A stretch of DNA of 41,977 nt from sequence record DRR723986_6626; one strand, 5' to 3'. This document shows positions 29,125 to 38,630 of this stretch, in pieces. The stretch's first letter is position 1. Each line of letters starts with the position of its first letter. The translations under genes were made by a program, and so were the position numbers. A model generated the notes under the pieces. That model did not search any database, was not told the DNA's origin, and saw nothing but the letters and a program-made list of their open reading frames with translations.

Positions 29125-31188
29125 ATGCCTGTAAGTACCCATCTTCAGGAATTACATCAAGAGTTGAAGCTAAGTGACGGCCCCGGCCGCGTAGAACTGC
29201 TGAACCAAATCGGGCAGGAAACGCTGGCGGAAGACGTTAACCAGGCGGCCGAACTGGCCAATGAGTCAGTAAAACTGGCGCAAAAACTCTTGCAGGAGCA
29301 GCCCGACACACCTATAATGGGGCTGACACAAGCGCTGATGTTAAAAGCCACATGTCAGAATAAACAAGGCCACACGCAGGAAGCGCTGGAGACACTTAAT
29401 GAGGCGATGCTGCATTTTGCCGACGTAGATGACCGCGACGGGGAAGCACGTGCCTTTAACAATTTTGGCAACGTCTACCTGGCGATCAGCAATTACCCGC
29501 GCGCACTGGAAAACTATAAACGCAGCCTGGCGATTAAAACAGCAGAAGGCAAACTTTCGGCCTGTGCCGGAACGTTGAGCAATATTGGAATTGTTTTCCA
29601 AAATCTGGGAGACTTTTCGAGCGCGCTGGAACATCACTTAAACAGCTGTGAAATATTGCGTGAGCTGGGAGACCGGCGGGGCGAGGCGCGCGCGCTGATG
29701 GCGATAGGCAATGTATACGAATTGATTGAAGATCACGGTTCGGCACTGGAGCAGTTTTACAATGCCTTTGAGATTATACGTGCCGGAGATATGTTAAACG
29801 AGGAGGCGCGCGTCCTGGGGCACATCGGCAATATTCACGCCAAAGGCAAACGTTATGAGGAAGCCCTGCAGTGTTTTCAGCGCAGTCTGATTATTAAACG
29901 CCGCGTGGGTGATGTGTTAAGTCAATCCAACCTCTTACTTAACATCGGGCTCGTGTACGTGCATCAGGATGATCTGGACCGCGCACTGCCGCAGTTTGGG
30001 CAGGCGCTGACGATTAAACGACGTGTTGGCGACCGGCTGGGAGAAGCCGAAACCCTGCATGCGATGGGTGTGCTGCATGGCCGCAGTGACTTCACCGGTT
30101 TTGACAGTTTGCGGGCCCTGGAACTCTTGCAGAAGGCGCTCGACATTGCTCAAAAACTGCAGGCCAAAAAACTGATTTACGACATTTATCTCTCGCTGGC
30201 TGAGATGCATGAGCAGCGCGGCGATACGGTTGAGGCTCTGGCTGCATTTAAACAATATCACCTGCTGAAAGAAGAGCTTCATAGTTCCGACCGCGACAAA
30301 AAGCTGCGCGACCTGCAAACCGTACACCAGGTGGAGTCGGCGCGGAAAGAAGCTGAGATTTACCGATTGCGCAATGTGGAGCTGGCTGCGCTGAATGAAG
30401 ACCTGCAGACGCAAAAGACGAGAGCCGATACACTGAATGACCACCTCAAAAGTGTTAACGCCAATCTGGAAAACCTGGTTAACGAAAAGAATGAAATCCT
30501 GGGGATTGTAGCGCACGATTTGCGTAATCCGCTCACCAATATCGTGCTGGCGGCTTCGATGGTCACCAACTATCGCGGAAGGATGACAAGTGCCGACATC
30601 GGCCGTGAGATGGACAAGATTGAGCTGACGGCGACGTATATGAAAGACATCGTCGGCAACCTGCTTGACCTGAACAAGCTGGAAAGCGGTGCACACAAGT
30701 TGGAACGCAGTCAGGTAGATGTGCGCCGCCTGGTACATACCTTGGTGACGCTGAATCAGGACCGCGCTGCAGTGAAACATATCCGCCTGGAATTTGACCC
30801 TGGTGATACCGAGCCGGTGATCGCCCGCGCCGACAAGCAGGCGCTGCAACAGACAATCGAAAATGTCATTTCCAATGCAATCAAGTATTCGCTGCCGGGC
30901 AAACGCGTGCACATCGGCATCAGCCGGACGGTGAATGCCGACGGTCCCTTCCTGCAGGTGCATGTGCGCGATGAAGGTCCGGGCATCGCCGAATGCGAGC
31001 GCCAACGCCTGTTCCAGAAGTTTGCCCGCCTCTCCAGCAAACCAACCGGGGGTGAACACAAGACGGGCCTGGGACTGTATATCACCAAACGACTGATGAA
31101 TGCGATGCAGGGCGACATCCGCTTTGAGAGCCCTGATGAGGGCGGCGCAGAATTTATCATCACAATTCCGGCGTATAAATCGCTGTAA
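29125..31188 (+). CDS. Cytoplasmic TPR-repeat sensor histidine kinase
   Basis: About 8 TPRs (FNNFGNVY, LSNIGIVF, LLNIGLVY), H-box VAHDLRNPL, NVISNAIKYS, DEGPGI, TGLGLYI. No TM segment. Confidence 0.92.
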   Translation: MPVSTHLQELHQELKLSDGPGRVELLNQIGQETLAEDVNQAAELANESVKLAQKLLQEQPDTPIMGLTQALMLKATCQNKQGHTQEALETLNEAMLHFADVDDRDGEARAFNNFGNVYLAISNYPRALENYKRSLAIKTAEGKLSACAGTLSNIGIVFQNLGDFSSALEHHLNSCEILRELGDRRGEARALMAIGNVYELIEDHGSALEQFYNAFEIIRAGDMLNEEARVLGHIGNIHAKGKRYEEALQCFQRSLIIKRRVGDVLSQSNLLLNIGLVYVHQDDLDRALPQFGQALTIKRRVGDRLGEAETLHAMGVLHGRSDFTGFDSLRALELLQKALDIAQKLQAKKLIYDIYLSLAEMHEQRGDTVEALAAFKQYHLLKEELHSSDRDKKLRDLQTVHQVESARKEAEIYRLRNVELAALNEDLQTQKTRADTLNDHLKSVNANLENLVNEKNEILGIVAHDLRNPLTNIVLAASMVTNYRGRMTSADIGREMDKIELTATYMKDIVGNLLDLNKLESGAHKLERSQVDVRRLVHTLVTLNQDRAAVKHIRLEFDPGDTEPVIARADKQALQQTIENVISNAIKYSLPGKRVHIGISRTVNADGPFLQVHVRDEGPGIAECERQRLFQKFARLSSKPTGGEHKTGLGLYITKRLMNAMQGDIRFESPDEGGAEFIITIPAYKSL

Positions 31189-31295
31189 TGTGTTAAACTT
31201 GCGCTTGCCATCTAATTTTTGTGGCGGATGCAACCGGCTCCGAGTTCCCGTGTCATTTCGGCGTCGACCTTTTGCCGTTTGTTAGGGAATTTTCT

Positions 31296-34200
31296 GTGCG
31301 TTTATCAGCAATCCAAATCCGAACTTTCAGCCCTTACCAGTGCAACAACGAAGCTCACAAACGCTTGCTGCGGCGGCACACCGTATGGCTGCTGAGTTTG
31401 CTGAGTTGTCTGCTTGTTACACAATCTGCTGACGCGCAGGTCCTGCGCGTCTACAATCTGGATGCTTCGGCTTACCCGACAATCAGTGTTGAGTTCGACT
31501 ATTATGCGAATGACGGGACACCGCTGCCGGTGGACCGCGCGGACATCTTGGTGCGCGAATTTACTGAGCAGAGAACAATCACCGGATTTGAATGCCCGCC
31601 GGAACAGACTCCCAAAGCACTTTCAACGGTTTTGATGGTTGACGCGTCGCGCTCGATGGAGCGCGACGGCAATCTGGAGCTGGCACAGGACGCTGCGCGG
31701 GCCTGGATAGATGCACAACCGCTGGGACCGGGGGAAATCGCACTCGGGACGTTTTCGCAGTCCAACAACATTCTGCGCGACTTTACGAGCAACCGCGATG
31801 ACTTGCTGGCCGGTGTTAACGAGATTCAAACACTACAGGGCACGGACTTTGATGCCGCGTTTATCACACCGCCCGGCGGTGCCACGCTGCTGGCGCAGAA
31901 CGGTTCACAGAAGCGCGTGATTGTGCTGATTACCGATGGTGATGCTGAAGGCAACAGCGCTACAATTATTGCCGCAGCGCAGGCGGCCCAGGCGACGGTG
32001 TACTGTGTGGCAATTGGAATCAACATCCCACCGATTCTATTTGATATCGCCGATGCCACCGGTGGCGCTGTTTTTGAAAATATTACAAGCCGCGCAGCTG
32101 CAGAACGCACCTTTGTGCGCATTCTGCGCGACGCCCAGGAAGTTGAACTATGCAAGTTGAGTTGGTTAAGCGAAGCGCAGTGTGAATCCACCGTTGAAGT
32201 GCTGGTCTCAATTCCAACACGCGGTGCAGTTGAATTCGCCGAATACCAGCCGCCGGCCTCAGCCATTCCGCAGCTGGCCGTAACACCGGCGCGCCTTGAC
32301 TTTGGTCCGGTAGCGCCGCCGCTCTCGGCTCAGCAACAAGTTGAAATTCGCGCTGTGGCCGCCGCAATCGACGTGAGCAGCGTCAATGATTTCCATCCGG
32401 ATTATACCGTGACGGATTGGGGCGGCACACCGCCGCCGTTCCGGCTGGAGGACGGAGAGTCGCGGCTGCTGACGATCGAATTCCGTCCGGCGGACTCCTC
32501 GTACAGCGGCCATGAATTCCCGATTGAGACTGAAGGTGCGTGTAACGTGCCGGGGATCACGGTTTTTGGCGGCTTTCCGGGTATCAAACCCAAAGTCCCG
32601 ACACTTAAGGTTGAAGCGCCCAATGGCGGCGAATTATTCCCGGCCGGTGAAACGATAACTGTCAGCTGGTCCGGCGTGCCGCGGCGTGACCTGCTGCGTC
32701 TGGAGTTGAGTACCGACGGCGGCACCGAATGGTCGCGCATAAGCGAAACAGCCACAGGCCTGGAGACAGAGTTTAGATTGCCACGGACTATCAGCAATGA
32801 TTGCCTGGTGCGCCTGAGCCAGGGAGCCGTGCCGGAAGACTCCGTCGATGGCTGGAGCTGGGCGCGGCGCGGCGGGGGCGCCACAAGTTTTACGGAAGAA
32901 GCACGCGATATCTGCCTGGACAGCAGCGGCAATATCTATGCGGTCGGCAGTTTCTTTGGCGCCCTCGATTTTGGCGAGCTGCTGCTCGATTCCAGGGGCG
33001 CTTCCGATGTATTCCTCACAAAATTTGACAGAGACGGTCAGCTGATTTGGGTGCGCGTCTTTGGCAGTACCGACGGCGACGAGGGCATGAGCGTTGCCTG
33101 CGATGCCGACGGCAATGTGTATGTAGCCGGCGAAATGCGCGAAAGCACAACGATTAACGGCGAGACTTTTGAAAGTGCCGGCGGCAGAGATGTTTTCCTG
33201 GCCAAGTTCGACGGCAGCGGCATCGCCCAGTGGATTCGCAATGCCGGCGGCGAGCGCAGCGATGATTTTGGTGAAATGACGGTGACGGCCGACGGTCGCA
33301 TTTACATCTGCGGTAATATAGTCGGCCGCGCCGATTTTGAAGACGAAACAATTGGGCTGGATGGCTCCGGTGCCATATTTGTGGCGCAGTACAGCACGGA
33401 CGGTGCCCTGAACTGGGTGAACGCAAACCAGGGTAATTTCAGCTTCCGCGCCTGCTGCCTGGCAATGAATACCGATCAGGAATTGCTGCTGCTCGGCACA
33501 CTCATCGAAGACGAAAACATCGATGGAATTGCGCTGAGTTCTTCATCTACCAGCGACATTTTTATGGCGCGCCTGGACCCGGCCGACGGCCGCGCGCGCA
33601 GCGCGATTGTTCTGGGACAAAACGGCAATGAATTTAGCCAGGCAGTGACGCTGGATGGCGACGGCAATGCGACCATAGTCGGCAATTTTGACGGCACGCT
33701 TGACCTGGGTGACGGCGCAATTAGCAGCCGCGGAAACAGCGACTTCTTTGTGGCGCAATTCAGTCCGGCAAATCAGTTAAACTGGAGTTTGTACGGCGGT
33801 GGCAGCGAAGAGGATGGCGCTGACGACATTTTGGCGGGTGCCGACGGCACACTTTACATGCTGGCACATGCCAAAGACAATTTTAGCCTGGGCACACAAA
33901 GTTTCGCCGCCGATGACCGCGATATAGTTGTGGCACAACTCAGCCAGGCCGGTGACATAAACTGGCTCAGACTGGGAGGCGAAACATTTTCACAACGCGC
34001 CCGCGCCCTGGTTTTTGATGATAATGACCATCTCTACTTTGCCGCAGAATTTGTGCTGAGTGCGCAAATCGGTATTAACAATTTGCGTGCGCGTGGCAAC
34101 GGCGATGCTATGATTGCAGCAATGCGTGTTAACCTGGACGTCACACAGTCGGATGTCTCCGATAACACATGGTCAATTGTGGCGCCGCAGTACGTAGCCC

Positions 34201-35498
34201 AACAAATTGACATGGGCGTTGTTCCCCTGGGCTCGCGCCGTGATTCGCTCGTTACCGACTGGTTAAACAACGTGGCGCCGTTGCCGATGATTATTGACGA
34301 CATCACAATTGAAGGGGTGGCGCGCGACGACTTCAGACTGATTTCGGTAGTGCCTGAGCGGCTGGAGGACGGCGCCGCCCTCGATATAGAAATTGTGTTT
34401 GAACCGCGTGCCCTTGGGCTGCGTCAGGCCGTGCTGCTTGTTACGACAGCTGGTGGTGAGCAACGTTTTGATCTGACTGGCAATGCTGTGGCTGAAAAAC
34501 TGCGCACAATTGTTGAAGATGACATTGTCGACTTTGGTGCTGTGGCACTCGGCCGCAGTCTTACATTTCGCGATCGTTTTCTGGTCAGCCGAATCAGTGC
34601 CTCACCTGTTACCCTGGATGCAATTGTTCTTGAGCAGAACGGCACGCAGTTTTCGATACCGGCGCTGCAGTTCCCGATGGAAGTGCCCATCGACGGTGGA
34701 GTTTCGCTGGACCTGACGTTTACACCCGATCGCCGGGGACGCAGCAACGCAGAACTCTTGTTGTATTGCAATGGCCTGGCGACTCCACTGCGAATTCCGA
34801 TGACGGGCATTGGGCTGGAGGACGTCATCTTTATTCCCGACCTTAGCGGCGCCGCCGGTGAAAATGTTAACCTGGAATTGCGTTTAGGGCGGCCCTTGAC
34901 TGCTGTGCAGGCGCAGTTGTTTAACAGATTTGCCGTTACAATTGGCGTGCCTGGTGACGTGCTGATTCCCGACGACGGCCGTGGCGCGGTGACAAACGGC
35001 GAGCGCAGTTTAACACTGGAAGGTCTGGTGAGCGAGGGCATGCAGCAGCTGGCTTCAATTCCGATGGCGGTGGCGCTTGGCGCTAACGAACGCTCACCTT
35101 TGCGGATTCTGGAAGTCGAGTGGTTTAACGCTGATGATGAACTTGTGGATCCGGGCTTTGCGACTGGTGACGGTGAATTTTTGCTGACGGGTTTCTGTGA
35201 AGTTGGCGGGCAGCGTTTGTTTAACAACAGCGGGAGAGCGGCGGCGATAAACATGCCCCAACCGAATCCGGCCATCCATTCCGTTGTGATTCCACTGCAA
35301 TTGATTGAAGTGGGGCGCAATTCCTTGCAGATATTTTCTTTGCGCGGTGAACTGTACCACGAGCAGGTTTTTGAGGTCACTGCAGCCGGCAGCTTTGAGT
35401 TGAATTTTGATTGCAGTTTTCTGCCGAACGGTCGTTATATCATCCTCGTCAGCACGCCTACGCAAACGCTGGAGCAGCAGCTGGAAGTCCGGCGTTAG
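31296..35498 (+). CDS. Large secreted protein: vWA domain, Ig-like (choice-of-anchor D-like) domains, SBBP-like beta-propeller, T9SS-type C-terminal domain
   Basis: Signal peptide ending ADA-Q, MIDAS DASRSM and VLITDG, PNGGE motif, repeats DSSGNIYAVG / DADGNVYVAG, LDFG/VDFG Ig starts, C-terminal PQPNPA...LPNGRYIILV...LEVRR. Start is uncertain (31221-31296). Confidence 0.85.
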   Translation: MRLSAIQIRTFSPYQCNNEAHKRLLRRHTVWLLSLLSCLLVTQSADAQVLRVYNLDASAYPTISVEFDYYANDGTPLPVDRADILVREFTEQRTITGFECPPEQTPKALSTVLMVDASRSMERDGNLELAQDAARAWIDAQPLGPGEIALGTFSQSNNILRDFTSNRDDLLAGVNEIQTLQGTDFDAAFITPPGGATLLAQNGSQKRVIVLITDGDAEGNSATIIAAAQAAQATVYCVAIGINIPPILFDIADATGGAVFENITSRAAAERTFVRILRDAQEVELCKLSWLSEAQCESTVEVLVSIPTRGAVEFAEYQPPASAIPQLAVTPARLDFGPVAPPLSAQQQVEIRAVAAAIDVSSVNDFHPDYTVTDWGGTPPPFRLEDGESRLLTIEFRPADSSYSGHEFPIETEGACNVPGITVFGGFPGIKPKVPTLKVEAPNGGELFPAGETITVSWSGVPRRDLLRLELSTDGGTEWSRISETATGLETEFRLPRTISNDCLVRLSQGAVPEDSVDGWSWARRGGGATSFTEEARDICLDSSGNIYAVGSFFGALDFGELLLDSRGASDVFLTKFDRDGQLIWVRVFGSTDGDEGMSVACDADGNVYVAGEMRESTTINGETFESAGGRDVFLAKFDGSGIAQWIRNAGGERSDDFGEMTVTADGRIYICGNIVGRADFEDETIGLDGSGAIFVAQYSTDGALNWVNANQGNFSFRACCLAMNTDQELLLLGTLIEDENIDGIALSSSSTSDIFMARLDPADGRARSAIVLGQNGNEFSQAVTLDGDGNATIVGNFDGTLDLGDGAISSRGNSDFFVAQFSPANQLNWSLYGGGSEEDGADDILAGADGTLYMLAHAKDNFSLGTQSFAADDRDIVVAQLSQAGDINWLRLGGETFSQRARALVFDDNDHLYFAAEFVLSAQIGINNLRARGNGDAMIAAMRVNLDVTQSDVSDNTWSIVAPQYVAQQIDMGVVPLGSRRDSLVTDWLNNVAPLPMIIDDITIEGVARDDFRLISVVPERLEDGAALDIEIVFEPRALGLRQAVLLVTTAGGEQRFDLTGNAVAEKLRTIVEDDIVDFGAVALGRSLTFRDRFLVSRISASPVTLDAIVLEQNGTQFSIPALQFPMEVPIDGGVSLDLTFTPDRRGRSNAELLLYCNGLATPLRIPMTGIGLEDVIFIPDLSGAAGENVNLELRLGRPLTAVQAQLFNRFAVTIGVPGDVLIPDDGRGAVTNGERSLTLEGLVSEGMQQLASIPMAVALGANERSPLRILEVEWFNADDELVDPGFATGDGEFLLTGFCEVGGQRLFNNSGRAAAINMPQPNPAIHSVVIPLQLIEVGRNSLQIFSLRGELYHEQVFEVTAAGSFELNFDCSFLPNGRYIILVSTPTQTLEQQLEVRR

Positions 35499-35503
35499 TC
35501 CCG

Positions 35504-35563
35504 GCAGCCTTAAATTTGGCAGCCTTGAATTTTACAGCGTTAAATTCCGCAGTGTTGCAGTTC
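35504..35563. repeat. Degenerate 15-bp tandem repeat, 4 units
   Basis: gcagccttaaatttg / gcagccttgaatttt / acagcgttaaattcc / gcagtgttgcagttc. Confidence 0.7.
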
Positions 35564-35595
35564 TGATGTCGGGTTTGTGTTTGGATGTTTGTTAC

Positions 35596-35676
35596 CTGAG
35601 CGCTTTGAGCTGCGCGCCCGCCGCCGGCTTGGCTTACATCTCAGGCTTCTTGATTTTTTTGTTTGGCATTGGGTCA
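35596..35676 (-). repeat. Intergenic repeat family, copy C
   Basis: Minus strand reads tgacccaatgccAAACAAaaaaatcaagaAGCCTGAG-atgtaagcc...gggcgcgcag-CTCAAAGCGCTCAG; both arms are nearly identical to copy B. Confidence 0.75.
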
Positions 35677-35771
35677 AAATTTGCCGGCCACACAATCTGC
35701 CATTCAGATGTTAAACGGTACTCTTGTGGCGTTCGGCCCGGCGACGTAGAGACTGTGTGGATTCTGGCCGG

Positions 35772-35889
35772 TGACTGCGCGACTAACAAGAGGAAACAGC
35801 AAGCCACAGAAAAGCACCACAAAATCACATGTTTGGCAAATAGAGAATTGCAGGATCCATATTTAGGTGCGCAGCGGGGCGAAGCGCTC
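35772..35889 (+). repeat. Intergenic repeat family, copy F (degenerate, inverted relative to copy C)
   Basis: GCGACTAACAAGAG (35779-35792) is identical to copy A. Continues ..caagcc and ends aggtgcgcagcggggcgAAGCGCTC. Confidence 0.6.
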
Positions 35890-36153
35890 TGGAAACCACG
35901 CCAGTAAGGATAATTGAGATTCTCCAAGGCCAGTTATCCACCCTTCAAATAGATTGATTGAAGCCTCGTAAAGTCTGATTCAGGTTAATCTTGCCAAAAA
36001 CAAATGCGCGCCGAATTGTGCATGCGCGTGAAATAACGTAAATTCACGGCTTCAATATCGATTTCGGGATGATTTCTCCGTAAAAATTCAGTGGTATTTG
36101 TTGCGCAAGCGGCGCAGGTAAGCAGGTACAAAGGCGCAATGCCGAGGAAAGTG

Positions 36154-37107
36154 ATGAAAGTTGTAGACCGGCTGGCAACGGCTAAAGACGTGCTCTTTTC
36201 CTTTGAGGTGATTCCGCCGCTCAAAGGTGAAAGCATCCAATCCATCTATGATGCGATTGATCCGCTGATAGAGTTTAAGCCAATTTCGATTAATGTTACT
36301 TACCATCGTGAAGAGTTTAGCTACCGTAAGATGCCCGATGGTTTGTTAAAACGGATGACGGTTCGCAAGCGGCCCGGCACAGTCGGAATCTCAGCCGCGT
36401 TAAAATATCGCTATCCCGTAGAGCCGGTTCCGCACCTGATTTGCGGTGGTTTTACACGTGAAGAAACCGAAAATGCGTTAATTGATTTAGACTTTTTGGG
36501 GATTAATAACGTGCTGGCTTTGCGCGGCGATCCACAGAAAAATGAACGTGTATTTGTTCCGGAGCCCGAAGGACACAAATATGCGCTGGATCTTGTTAAA
36601 CAAATCGTGCGCTTAAACAAGGGCGAGTATCTGCACGAAGAAATGAAAAATGCCAATCCGACCAATTTCTGCATCGGAGTGGCGGGCTACCCTGAAAAAC
36701 ATTTTGAGTCGCCCAACTTTGAGTTTGATTTACAAAACCTCAAGCAAAAAATTGACGCCGGCGCCGAATATATCGTGACGCAATTATTCTACGACAATCA
36801 GCGCTTTTTTGACTTTGAGCGCCGCTGTCGTGATATAGGAATTACCGTTCCGATAGTGCCGGGCATCAAGATTCTATCGACCAAACGGCATCTAAACTTC
36901 CTGCCGAGTTATTTCCACACGACACTTCCGGAAGAACTTTCTGGAGCGGTGATGAAGTGTACAGACAACAAAGCGGTTCGGGAGATTGGAATAGAGTGGG
37001 CGATAGAGCAGTGCCGCGGCCTGCGTGAGCATGGCGTTCCCGGCATCCACTTTTACACGATGGGGCGCTCAAAGGCAACCCGGCGTGTAGCTGAAGCAAT
37101 TTATTAG
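36154..37107 (+). CDS. metF: 5,10-methylenetetrahydrofolate reductase
   Basis: FSFEVIPP, NVTYH, RKRPGTVG, PHLICGGF, LALRGD, VAGYPEKH, VTQLF, HFYTMG. Start MKVVDRL at 36154. Confidence 0.95.
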   Translation: MKVVDRLATAKDVLFSFEVIPPLKGESIQSIYDAIDPLIEFKPISINVTYHREEFSYRKMPDGLLKRMTVRKRPGTVGISAALKYRYPVEPVPHLICGGFTREETENALIDLDFLGINNVLALRGDPQKNERVFVPEPEGHKYALDLVKQIVRLNKGEYLHEEMKNANPTNFCIGVAGYPEKHFESPNFEFDLQNLKQKIDAGAEYIVTQLFYDNQRFFDFERRCRDIGITVPIVPGIKILSTKRHLNFLPSYFHTTLPEELSGAVMKCTDNKAVREIGIEWAIEQCRGLREHGVPGIHFYTMGRSKATRRVAEAIY

Positions 37108-37258
37108 GCGGCACTTGATACTTCGGCATAATTTGTGTTGTTTGCGAGTGCCGACTGTGCCATTTTGATTTTGGTGCAATTTTGAAGAAAAACACTACAG
37201 TTAAACCTGATCCGGGTTCCACTACCAATTTTTTCACTTGTAATCACAATTGAATATC

Positions 37259-38590
37259 ATGAAAGTTGAAAAAAAGCGAAGCAGCAATCTTAAGCGACAG
37301 AGCCCTGACAATCTGGGTGGTGATGACTTCCGCTGGGCTGAGGAGATGCTGCAGGCTTCACCTGAAGATGCATTGGAGGCCATGAACCGTCTGCATCTTA
37401 CCGGCCGTCAATCGCGCAATCCCGCACAGCAGGCTCGTGCCGCCCTGGGAATTGCACGCGCATGTTCTATTCTGAAAAACGTGGATGAAGCCATGCGTCA
37501 CGGCCGCGAAGCAGCCCAATTGTTTCAGATGCTTGGCGATAAAGTCGGCGAAGGCCGGGCCGCGATTGAGATTGGAGTGATCCACCTGCGCCAGAAAGAG
37601 CTTAGCCAGGCAATTCTTGAATTTGAGCGCGCCCTGCGATTGTATGAAGAGTGCGATGAACAGCGCGGCATTGCCAATGCACATGGAAATCTTGGCACTG
37701 TGCACTATGATACAGAGTCATACGATATGGCGCTGCAGCACTATGTTAAAGCCGCCGAAGTTTTTGCCAAAATGAACGCCTATAGTGCGATGGCAGCTAC
37801 ATACTCGAACATCGCGCTCCTGTTTAAAGAAGTTGGGCAGTATGCGAGCGCCTTGCGTTATATCAATAAGTCCATCGAATTACTCGATCCAGACTGTGAT
37901 CCGGATGACCGCTCGCGATACGTGGGCAACCGCGGTGCAATTCTGCTGGACATGGATGATATCGAACCTGCATTGACGGATTTTCACGAAGCAATCAAGC
38001 TCGTGCAGCTGATCGGCAATGTGTATGTTGAAGCGCGCATGCATGAGAACATCGGCGAGGCGCACATCAAACTGGGGAACTTCGACAAGGCAATTGCCGC
38101 TTACCAGCATTGTAATGAATTGTTGCGGGCGCTCAAGGACGCGCGTGACGCAGAGGCTGAAGGACTGTACAATCTGGGGCAGACCTACAAGATTGCTGGA
38201 GATCCCGAGAAGGCCGAAGCGACATTCCGCGAGAGCTGGCGTATCTGGGCAGGACTGGATAGTGATGTTGGCCAGGCCAAAGCCTGCTTTGCCCTGGCGC
38301 AGTTATACGATGCGCAGCGGCGATATGAGCTGGCCGCCGAGTTTATCCGCTCCGCCAAAGTCTTTGTGTCCACTTCGCTGGATCCGCGCCTCAGCGCGCA
38401 GATTTGTCAGATGTCATCGCAGTATGCTGAGCGTGCCGGCGACTTTGAGCTGGCATTCCGCGAGTTGCGCGAGTATGCCGAGTCTACGCGCGGACGTCAG
38501 GAAAAAGAGATCAAAGCTATCGAGTCACTGCTCAAAATGCAATTGGCGCTTAATCCACTGATTGAAGACCAAAGTTCGGCTAAGAATTAG
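37259..38590 (+). CDS. Stand-alone TPR-repeat protein with no recognisable output domain
   Basis: About 8 TPRs (HGNLGTVH, YSNIALLF, HENIGEAH, LYNLGQTY) and a short C-terminal helix. Confidence 0.85.
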   Translation: MKVEKKRSSNLKRQSPDNLGGDDFRWAEEMLQASPEDALEAMNRLHLTGRQSRNPAQQARAALGIARACSILKNVDEAMRHGREAAQLFQMLGDKVGEGRAAIEIGVIHLRQKELSQAILEFERALRLYEECDEQRGIANAHGNLGTVHYDTESYDMALQHYVKAAEVFAKMNAYSAMAATYSNIALLFKEVGQYASALRYINKSIELLDPDCDPDDRSRYVGNRGAILLDMDDIEPALTDFHEAIKLVQLIGNVYVEARMHENIGEAHIKLGNFDKAIAAYQHCNELLRALKDARDAEAEGLYNLGQTYKIAGDPEKAEATFRESWRIWAGLDSDVGQAKACFALAQLYDAQRRYELAAEFIRSAKVFVSTSLDPRLSAQICQMSSQYAERAGDFELAFRELREYAESTRGRQEKEIKAIESLLKMQLALNPLIEDQSSAKN

Positions 38591-38630
38591 GCCTGGCTGC
38601 CGTTAATCTTATGTATTGGCCGCGAGCGCC

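Noticed and set aside
29935-31233. 432-aa minus-strand ORF (also 26582-27430, 34424-35380, 9302-9913 and other long antisense ORFs)
   Set aside because: They are antisense to well-supported genes and show no motifs; typical shadow frames.
35407-35927. 166-aa plus-strand and 97-aa minus-strand ORFs
   Set aside because: They coincide with the repeat mosaic, and the hydrophobic patches can be explained by the A/T-rich repeat arms.
35900-36153. SAM riboswitch expected upstream of metF
   Set aside because: No SAM-I core (ATC.AGAG..GAGGGA..GCCC..GCAACC..GTGC..A.TCC) or SAM-II consensus could be found by eye.
37203-37217. AACCTGATCCGGGT resembling the 3' half of a TPP riboswitch
   Set aside because: The upstream GCTGAGA element and the downstream TAATGCC..GCG.AGG are absent, and the next gene is unrelated to thiamine.
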